Under the pieces are notes generated by a model. That model saw only the letters and a list, made by a program, of their open reading frames with translations, was not told the origin of the DNA and did not search any database. Shown here in pieces: positions 52,111 to 64,000 of a DNA stretch of 64,000 bases. Within the stretch, counting starts at the first letter, position 1. Each line of letters begins with the position of its first letter. The position numbers and the translations under genes are program-made. Origin of the DNA: the human T2T-CHM13v2.0 reference genome, Homo sapiens. The DNA is taken from assembly GCF_009914755.1 (NCBI RefSeq), contig NC_060939.1; one strand, given 5' to 3'.

Positions 52111-54872
52111 AGCGTTAGAACAAACCCTACCTTCCTCCAAACGAAGGAGAAAAATCTCAATGATCTGGGTTTTAAAGTACCTTCCCCGCCCTGTCCAAAT
52201 GCTGGAATTTTTTTTTTTTTTTTTTTTTGACGGTAGATGGGAGCTGCCCTAGGACCTTGAATGTGTGCTAAAATCTGAAATTCTGTTAATTTATATCAGC
52301 CACCTTGGACACCTTTTCAGGAAATAAACATTTAGACATCGGTCGCTGTGTATTACAAAATGCAAGAAATAAAGCACAATCGTCAAGTGCTGAAGGCCCA
52401 CAGCTTCCCCTTCGTGTCCACGGATCTAGTGCTGAAAGACAAACCCTTTGACTCCGCCGGGGCAGTTGGTCCAGGGTCCATTTTCATTTCTCACCGTTTT
52501 TGTTTTACATGAGTTTGAGATGCAAAAGAGCCGGTGTGGGTAAAAATAGTTAACCCCAGCTACTCAGAGTGTGATGGTATATTTAGAATAAAGGAGACAT
52601 TTGTCCTTGGTTTTATTTATAAATGTGTCATCTTACATTTGGGATTCGGATTCTCTCATGCTTGCTAAGAAATTTGTGAGGCCACTGGCATGTTTCTGAA
52701 ATGTGACCTTTTTCTTGCTTATTTAAAACAAAATAGTAATACTTGCCTCCCAAAGGTTTGGGAGGTTAATGTAATCAAAAAAAAAAAAAAAAAGCCTGAA
52801 TGTAATAAGGCTTCCAATGGAGGGCACACGACAGTGACAGCTGGGGAAAAGACATTATTTTCTTCATGAAGAGATCCCTTATGGTTTCTTCGGGCTGGTA
52901 GGGATTTTTAACACCTGTGCTGTGATCAAAATTGTATTACTATTAATGGTATAATGGTGTAATGTGAAGGGGGGCGGCGGAGGGCGTGGTCAAGCCTTCT
53001 ATTATAAGGCTTAAGGGTGGATTTTTGACCCAATCAGAGGTTTAAGAGAATTTTCCTTTAGCCACTCCTTTGTGTATCCATGCCCTCTGAGGCTTCACTT
53101 CAGACTCGTCCATCGTTTGGCAAAGAAGCGGTGGAAAGAGTTTCTAAAGAATCCTTTAATCTAGAAAGGTCAGGAACCCTCCCTCCCCTCAGTCTGAGAA
53201 AAGAATGCAACTTTCCTTCATAGCATTTCCTCCAAAGGACCCTGCCCCATTTGTGTCCTTATAGTTTGCAGTGACTACCTCCTTTTTTGTCTCATTTTGT
53301 ATATATGGTTCAGATAAAATATCGGACAACTTTTTCTGCAAATGCCATTGGCATACCGGAGCACAAGCTTCAGAGTACAGCCTCAGGTCTTAAGTTGTCT
53401 CCAGACTTTCATTAACATAGGCTTCCTGTTACAAAAGAGAAAATGTATTTTAAATTTTAAAATACCTTATTCTAAGAACTTCAGTTAAAAAAAAAAGAAA
53501 AAATTTAAAAGAACCCATACTCTAATAATGCAGTCACTCGTTCTTAGACTAGACTTAAGTTTGTTTTGGGGGGATTATACTGTGTGTACAATTTGTTATC
53601 TTGTTTACTTAACGTTTGGAAATTACTGTTATATTTCATATTACTGAAGCAAATTGTGCTCAACAGAAAACATGAAAAATACAAAGAAAATCACCCAAAA
53701 TGTGACTACCAAGAAATAACCACTATTAAGCTAATCATCTGTACAACTGTATTTGTCTTAAAATAATACTAGACATAGTTTTATAACCTACATTTTGTAT
53801 TTACGTATAATGTACTTTTTTATATCAGTAAGAATTTTCATGAGTTTTACAGTCTGCACAGTATTCCAGCAGATGAGTATGCCGTAGTTAACCATTAACA
53901 GTTCTCTTATTGGACACCAGATTTGTTAAATAGGTTTTGGGTTTTGTTTTGTTTTGTTTGAGACAAGGTGTTGCCCAGGTGAGATCATAGTGCGCTACAG
54001 CCTAAAACCCCTGGGCTGAAGCAATCCTCCAGCCTGAGCTTCCCAAGTAGCTGGGACTACAGGCACAATATGCTGTATGCAGCTCGTTTTTTGCTTCTGT
54101 AAATAATGCTGGCATGAACATTTTAATAGAAAAAGTTTTGTACAGATTTCTGTAAAATAAGATTTACAATGAATCTTTTAAGGTTTTTTGATACATATTT
54201 TAACTCTCCAAACCGAATTGTTAATTGTATTGCCTCCCCAACCTAGCTCATGTCCTAGCTCAACTTTAATTGCCCTCACTCTTCTAAATTGATATTGGTT
54301 TTTTAATGAAAATTGTAAATTGTATATTCTCTATGTATTTTTTTATATGCATGTGTGTCCAATAAATACCGGACATGGACATTAACTTCAAGTTAAATAT
54401 TTAAAAGGACTCCTTCACCGTCAACCTGCTTAATACTACGGAAACCTGTTTTTCTTTTTAACTAGTTCATTTCTATGTGGAGATGTGAGGCAAAGGAAAC
54501 TAATTGCTAAAATTTTCTTTCTGATGTGCAGCAAGGATATAAACTTTGCCCTAAAATTATTTAAGTGTAAATGAACGTTTGGTTTTGTTGTTTGTTTGGT
54601 TGTTTGTTTTTGAGATGGAGTTTCACTCTTGTTGCCCAGGCTGGAGTACAATGGCGCTGTCTCGGCTTATTGCCACCTCCACCCCTCTGGGTTCAAGCGA
54701 TTCTCCTGCCTCGGCACCCGGAGTACCTGGATTACAGGCGCGTGCCAACATGTCTGGCTTGTATTTTTAGTAGAGACATGGTTTTTCCACGTTGGCCAGG
54801 CTGCTCCCGAACTCCTGACCTCAGGTGATCCACCTGCCTCAGCTTGCCAAAGTGCTATGATTACAGGTTTGA

Positions 54873-55135
<263 letters not shown>

Positions 55136-55529
55136 TGATCCACCCGCCTCAGCCTCCCGAAGTGCTGGGATTACAGGCGTGAGCCACCGCGCCCGGCCCA
55201 CGTCAGGCTAATTTTTTTGTATTTTTTGGTAGCAACGGGGTTTCACCATGTTGGTCAGGCTGGTCTCAAACTCCCGACTGATCTCAAGGGATCTGCACAC
55301 CTCAGCCTCCCAAAGTGCTGGGATTACAAGCGCGAGCCACCACGCCTGGCCACCTCCTATATTTTTAACCCTAGTTTCTCTTTAAATGAAATCCTTCTAC
55401 TTACTATACTTGCAATAAAATACATTCCAGTAGAATGAAGAAAACTTTGTTAATATTAAAAGGATATGGGGCTGTAAGAACTATCATAGGCCAGGCACAG
55501 TGGCTCACGCCTGTAATCCTAGCACTTTA

Positions 55530-55801
<272 letters not shown>

Positions 55802-56409
55802 TCATTATTCTGTAATAGTCTTCCTTTTAGTGACAGTACCCTATGGCAGAGGTTGATCTCTTCGACTACGGTATTTGAGGTCAATTCAAAGTCTCCAAGT
55901 AAACCTTTGCAAAGTTACTAAGTAGTCTGATTCTACAGAACCACAATAAACGTGAGAATTTTTTTTTTACCTAACCAGCACTGTGCATCTGAGATTAAAA
56001 TCTGTTACCAGAGATTCATGGTGATCCTTTCAAAGCAGCTCTAGATATTTTTGTTTGTTTTATCATTCGTATTTCATAGCTGATACCTAAAGCAGATAAT
56101 GATGAATATTTTACATTTCAATTGTTTTAAGGAACACTTGACTTTGAACAGCTTGTGGAAGCTATAGCTCTTAGAAGCCTGTCTCCTTAAAGCTGAAATT
56201 TCATATCTGCTACTGATATGACTGAGGAAGAAGAGAGGGAGGAGAAGAAGAAAAAAAGTTCTTTTTAATCTCAAGGGCCTTTGAAAATATCCTTTTACTG
56301 AGGTACAGTTACTGCCTAGCAATGAAAGGAAAACGTCTTGTAAATTTGCCTCTTTCCTCAGTCCTTCCAGAAATGAAAGAGGCAATCTATAGGTTGTCTC
56401 ATATCCTAG

Positions 56410-56730
<321 letters not shown>

Positions 56731-57607
56731 TGAGCCACCACGCATGGTCTTCAATAGTCTGTTATTCCAAAATTATACTGTACTTGCCACAGCCATTCCT
56801 TTGCTCTCTCCAAATCATTTAGAGAACACAGAATAGTAAAGAGGAATAAAACAAAGGCATGAATAATGGGAAAAAATTAGAAGCGAGTACATGATCATCT
56901 TAAAAACAATCCCAGAGAATGCAATGCTCTTTCCTTGGGCGATCAGTTCTGACCACACCCTTTTTTTTTTTTGAGACGGAGTCTCCCTCTTTCGCCCAGG
57001 CTGGAGTGTACAATCTCAGATCACTACAGCCTCCACTTCCCAGGGTTCAAGCAATTCTCCTGCCTCAGCCTCCATAGTAACTAGGACTACAGGTGCGTGC
57101 CACCACGCCTGGCTAATTTTTCTATTTTTTGGTAGAGACAGGGTTTCACCATGTTGGTCAGGCTGGTCTCAAACTCCTGACCTCAAGTGATCTGCCCACC
57201 TCGGCCTCCCAAAGTGCTGGGATTACAGGTGTGAGCCACCAACCCTGGCCTCCCCCTATATTTTTAACCCTGTTTTCTCATGGGCACATTCCAACAGGGT
57301 TAGGGCTCTAGGCCTATGTATCACTACTAGTCTCCCCCAAATTTCTCTTCCTCCCCCATATCAAATAGCCCTAAAGCCTTGCTCCTGGTTCTTCCAAGGC
57401 CCTGTGGAACTGTGTTTGAGAACTGGGACTTGGGCCGGGCGCAGAGGGTCAAGCCTGTAATCCCAGCACTTTGGGAGGTTGAGGCGGGCGGATCACGAGG
57501 CCAGGAGATCGAGACCATCCTGGCTAACATGGTGAAACCCCATCTATACTAAAACTATACAGAATTAGCCAGGAGTGGTGGCACATGCCTGTAGTCCCAC
57601 CTACTCA

Positions 57608-57811
<204 letters not shown>

Positions 57812-58305
57812 TTAATATTTCTGAGCTTCAGTTTCCTACTTGTAAATTGCAAATATTTCTTTATTTGTTCCAAGAATTGGATAAATGCTGGACAGTATGT
57901 AGTACTTAGTAAAATGCCTGGCACAAATAATAAATTCTCAATAGACGGTGGTAATTATCAATCCTGCTTCCTTAATCCACTTTCTGCCCGCTGTCAATGC
58001 CTCCTTCTCCTTTGGCCAATTGCCTCCTAATTAGTCTCCACCATGCCCGGCTAATTTTTGTATTTTAAGTAGAGACGGGGTTTCGCCATGTTGGCCAGGC
58101 TGGTCTTGAACTCCTGACCTCAGGTGATCCGCCCACCTCGACCTCCCAAAGTGCTAGGATTACAGGCGTGAGCCACTGCGCCCAGCCTATATGCACTGAT
58201 TTCTAAAATACATTGTTAAATGGGAAAAAATAGGCCGAGTGTGGGGGCTCATGCCTGTAATCCCAGCAGTTTGGGAGGCCAAGGCGGGAGGATCACCTGA
58301 GGTCA

Positions 58306-58611
<306 letters not shown>

Positions 58612-59341
58612 TTATTTATTTAATTTTGGGACAGAGTCTCGCTCTGTCTCCCAGGCTGGAGTGCAGTGGCGTGATCTTTGCTCACTGCAAGCTCCGCCTC
58701 CCAGGTTCACGCCATTCTCCTGCTCAGCCTCCTGAGTAGCTGGGACTACAGGCACCCACCGCCATGCCCAGCTAATTTTTTTGTACTTTTAGTAGAGATG
58801 GGGTTTCACCATGTTAGCTAGGATGGTCTCGATCTCCTGACCTCGTGATCTGGCAGCCTCGGCCTCCCATAGTGCTAGGATTACAGGCGTGAGCCACCAC
58901 GCCTGGCCAGAGTGATATTTATATTAATGGGAAGGATGCCTCTGATGGGCAGTCAAGGGTCTGGGTGAGGAAAGATTTTCTTTTCACTGTATACTGTTTT
59001 GTATTGTTGGGAAAATGTCTAACGATTTGCATAAATATTAAATTTTTTAATTAAAAAAAAAATCTAGCATCTCTTCCTTTGGGAAGCCCTGACTGGCCCT
59101 CTCTGTTCCTTCCAGGAGTTTCTCCTTCTTTCATACTCCCAGACTTTTCACGGTGTTTACTTGTTATATTACAGCACTTATCCCATGTGTGGAAGGTTTC
59201 CCTGGGAAACCTAGACTATCTAGAAGGTAAGATTGATACCGTATTCATTTTTATGTTCCTAGGATCCATTGCAAAGTGATACACGTGCACATACACATTT
59301 TTTTAAGTCAGTTTTAATCTCTTTACATTTTTTAAGAGTTA

Positions 59342-59650
<309 letters not shown>

Positions 59651-60468
59651 TTAATGGAAAAAGTCTCCCATCACTGATCTCTTTCACCATCACCCTTATC
59701 CTAGTCTGCTTGTGCACAGGAGACTTTGAGCTCTATAGACTCACTTTTACAATGTCACCCCAGCCTATATTATCAGACATCTCCAGCAAACCTTCCTCCG
59801 GTGGCTCCTGCTATAGCTGACTTTTCACTATGTTTTTGTAATTTGTTGCTTTTGTCTTGTTTTGTTTTTTAAATATCCACAACGTCCTCACCCACTTCTA
59901 GCCTTTATTCATGCCGTTCTCTTTACTGAGGTCCTTCCCAACTCTGCCAGCTTAGACTCCTTTGAGACCAGCTCATCGAAGTCACTTCCTCTTTGAAGTT
60001 TCTCTGTCCCCCGCCCCTGCCATCAATCTTAGATAAGCTTAACTTGATGTTTCTGCTCTCTCTCTAATCAAACTATGTGATCACTTGTCATTTATGGCAA
60101 TTATCATTTTACATGTTAGTCCTCCAGACAAAAATAAGAACCCTTCAGAGACAGGGATTTTTTCTTTGTTTATCTTACTTTTCCCAAAATTTATGCCTGG
60201 CACGCAGCAGGCACTCAATAAATAATTGTTGCATGAATGGATGAATGAACAAGTTAATAGTAAGTGCTCATAATATTTGGATGGGCTGCACTTGGAGGCC
60301 ATCCCTGAAGTTACTTATTAGGGGCAACACACCTGTATGCTGTGTTTGTCACATTCGCATCTTGGCTGGGCACCTTGAACTGGAGGCTTTCTGGTGTTGT
60401 TTGCCATTCTGATGAAGGTGTAGAAACCTAATTACATATGCCCTCTGTAAGTGTGTAGACCCTTAAAC

Positions 60469-60637
60469 TAGGATTGCTAGATTTAGTAAATAAAAGTCCA
60501 AGTTGCCCAGTTAAATTTGAATCACAAACCACAAACTATCTTTTTAAATGTATGTCCCAAATATTACTTACACTAAAAAAATTATTCAGTTTATCAAAAA
60601 TTCAAATTTGACTGATGTATTTTATCTGGCGGCCTTA
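60469..60637. mobile_element. MER53-like palindromic hAT MITE
   Basis: TAGGATTGCTAGATTTAGTAAATAAAA..CCCAGTTAAATTTGAAT / ATTCAAATTTGACTG..TTTTATCTGGCGGCCTTA. Confidence 0.8.
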
Positions 60638-62614
60638 CCTCAAAGGCCAAATTTCCAAACCCTGCCTTCTTGCACTCAGATCCTGTTCTTAGATAATTTT
60701 ATGAACTATGCAATTTTATCATCTTTATTAGATAGCCAGTCCTCCAACTCTCCTTGCTTTTTTACATACATTTAAACACTTTGCTTTCTTCAAAATTATT
60801 TTATTATATTTTAAACATCAGAGTTTAGCCACTTAACAGAATTGTATTTGAGAGGGCAAATGCCCCTGTATCTTTCCGCTGGCATTCTCTGTATATTTTC
60901 TTGAAGTCTCTATTCTGCAGTACGTCTTAGTTAAAGGAAGATTATCTCCAGGTATGGCGATGGGGCTGCTGTAGGCCATTAGAAACCCTGCAGAGCTGTC
61001 TGGGCTGTAAAATGCCACTTCCCTGCAGAGGAAAGGTGGGAGTGACACTACCCAACCCGGTCTCTGCGCCGACCTAGCTTGGCAGCCATTACATATTATT
61101 ATACATTAGGCTTTCCACGACTTTTGCAAAAGTTAGAGCCACCAGGTGATCTGAAAGAAGGCATTTTCAGATTTCAGTTTCTTAGTACTGGTAAATGAGC
61201 ATCAAAACCAAAAATGTGGGCACCAACTGCAGCTGCACATATTTTTGTTTTACAGTCACAGTTCCTATCACATTAAATCGCGTTCCCTTGAAGCTTCAAA
61301 GTGGATGACAGTTCTACACTACAACCTTTTCATTGCACGTAATTAATTTTCCCTGTGATAAGTCGCCATCCCTTCAACATCCAAACTTGAAAATTACCGG
61401 CTAACACTGTCCCTAGGTGTCTAAACTCATGCAAAACATTTGTTTAGTACTCAAATATCACAGCTCCGCATTCTGAAAAACATGAAACGTCCGTCAGAAA
61501 TTACTAAGAAGTGGTGACTGGAATTTCGGAGCATTTACGTTAGGGAAAAAAGGGATATGTTAAAAGGGGGTTGGGGTGGAGGTGCAATAAATGTGGCTGA
61601 ATATGGCTGAGAAGCATGGGGAAAATGGCTCAATCCGGGAACGAAAAATCAATTTGCCAAGGCCATGATAAGACTGGAACATCTCTGTCCTCTATATTTC
61701 ATGAGAAGCCATCCTGATGGCCACAGTCATGCCTGCCATCAGAGCAGGGTTCAGGAGGAGTGGACGGGTATGCCTGACAGCAGATTACAGCAAACAGACA
61801 TCTACCACCGAGCAAACCATCAGAGAAGGCACCCAGCGAAGGGCTGTATCTTTCATCTTTGGAAATGGACTGAAGAGATATTTAATGTGTCAAGAGCTCT
61901 ACTTCCGGGAGACCAATATTTCTTTTTTATTCAGTTATTTCAAGGAGGGCTCCCAGTAAATTTTGCTTGGTAAGGAGATTAATTTCAGAGCCATGGACTC
62001 CCGTAGGATATATCCTGGATGTTTACGTTGCAAAAACCCGGGGCATTGTTATTTATTTCTTCTGTCAGAAAAGCAAGACAGCAATAAACTACCGCTTAAC
62101 TTGTAAATCACAGAAGTGACTAACCTGAACGAAAGTAATTTGAGGACAAAGGAAGAGGGATTACTTATTCTACTGTTAAGAACTGATCTACAAAGAGATG
62201 ATACGTTTTCTGATCATGCTTAGCTTCTCAAATAAGTTAATTCTTTTTTCTGGTCATTCCTGGTAAGCTATAATTTGTCCATCCATTTGTCAAAAATGAG
62301 TTATCGTTGCTTCAGGACCCATTCATTTTTTAAACCTGTTACACAGTCAGTGTGACTTTGTGAAGTTGTTTCTTTTGTTCCGTTCCCGTGTTGAGTAGCT
62401 CTCTTTTGCCCGAGTCAATATTTTAGGGTTTATTTTAGTTTGGTTTGGTTTGGGGTTTTTTCTTTTTTTTTTTCCTTAATTTGAGGAAGCCTATTCTCCG
62501 ACACTATTTGCCCAGTTAGAGACTACTGCTACCCTGGGAACTGTCTTCGACCTGAATTTTATTTCCTCTAGGAAGACAGGATGGAAACCCCATTTCACGT
62601 TTTGGCTTCCCAGG

Positions 62615-62855
62615 AGCCGCAACCCAGGCCGACCAGCGCACAGGTTTCAGGCAGGAAATGTCAGGGCGCCTTTAAGAGGAATCTGCGGTAATTTTCCACC
62701 GCCCCGCCGACGCGGCGGGATGCTGGGCGCGGCAAAATGCGGCTGCGCGGCAGGGCGCGCGCCTCCGTTGCCAGGATACCGCCTCCTCCACCCCCGGCGC
62801 CCAGGGCCCTTTTGTTTCCAAGATGGCCTCCGAATCCTGTTTTAGTGCGCCAGGA
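62615..62855. promoter_or_regulatory. Small CpG-rich promoter or enhancer-like element
   Basis: CpG cluster with CAGGAAAT (ETS-like), CCGCCCC (GC box) and CAAGATGGCC (YY1) at ~62820-62829. Confidence 0.65.
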
Positions 62856-63208
62856 ACAAAGCCAGTTGCACACTGTTGAGCTTAGCGGAAAGCAAGAGTT
62901 ATATGGCTGGCTTTCAGCCTGTTCAATGTCAATATTTATTTACTGTTACAACCTTACAAAAATCCGTTCAGTTATGTTGTCTGGATGAGAAAAATCAAGG
63001 GAGTGCCACCAGGTGTGTAAGCCATGGTCTCAGCCTTTCTGTGGCAGGGCTTTTGCATTCGTTGTTGCTTTTGATAAGAATTCTGGCTTTTCTTGTTAAA
63101 CTAGCTCAGGAAGAAGTCTGGGCGATGACGGTTAACTATAGAACCATATAATTACGTGTAGTTCAGTTTGGGTAATGATGCCCCGGGCCATGTCCACTCC
63201 CCTTTTAA

Positions 63209-63457
<249 letters not shown>

Positions 63458-63533
63458 TGACCTCAGGCGATCCGCCTGCCTCGGTCTCCCAAAGTGCTGG
63501 GATTACAGGCGTGAGCCACCGCGCCCGGCCCTA

Positions 63534-63740
<207 letters not shown>

Positions 63741-63879
63741 CTATAATTATTATTAGATTATAAATTCCTTGGGGATAGGAACTTTGTTTCTTATCCATCT
63801 TTGTATCCCGAAAGTGGCTCTGCCTGTAACAAACCTTCAAATAAAGTTGCTAAGTAATACTAATTCACATCAAAAAGAT

Positions 63880-64000
63880 ACTAATTAACATTTATTCTGC
63901 CGAGCACTGCCATTAAGATAGGTACCTCCATTTTATTCCCCATTTTACAGATAGAGAAACTAAGGCTCTGGAAGGTTAAGTAATTGCCTGAGGTGCCACA
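63880..64000. mobile_element. MIR
   Basis: MIR core CCCCATTTTACAGATAGAGAAACTAAGGCTCTGGAAGGTTAAGTAATTGCCTGAGGT. Other MIR pieces lie at ~18090-18270, ~47900-47965 and ~57735-57950. Confidence 0.85.

Noticed and set aside
50707-52160. Overlapping ORFs on both strands in the CpG island
   Set aside because: High GC depletes stop codons, and no domain is recognisable.
61665-61973. 102-aa ATG-initiated ORF in the unique block
   Set aside because: No recognisable homology, and the length is compatible with chance. It would need Ribo-seq or PhyloCSF support.

Overview
Hominid (most likely human) non-coding DNA, very Alu-rich, with no intact protein-coding gene that I can support. Bases 1-12.4 kb are a decayed class I endogenous retrovirus (pol, integrase, env; + strand) carrying nested insertions: an L1PA, a processed ferritin-light-chain pseudogene, a MER6-type DNA transposon, several Alus and a minus-strand SVA. 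The rest holds an AT-rich quasi-palindromic minisatellite, an orphan retroposed mRNA 3' end, solo LTR7, LTR12 and MaLR LTRs, and a processed ASB9 pseudogene. There is a CpG-island promoter at ~51 kb and a repeat-free, YY1-core-rich block at ~61-63 kb. From memory, ASB9P1 lies at 15q26.1 near FAM174B and CHASERR/CHD2; I cannot verify that here. I found no convincing new enzymatic or multi-gene system. The best signals are structural: an SVA whose target-site duplication encloses a 5'-transduced Alu arm, an Alu inserted into a ferritin IRE loop, one target site reused by three insertions, templated and fold-back micro-insertions, and RFX and YY1 motif clusters. Repeat subfamily names are by-eye recognition, and boundaries without a stated TSD are approximate.
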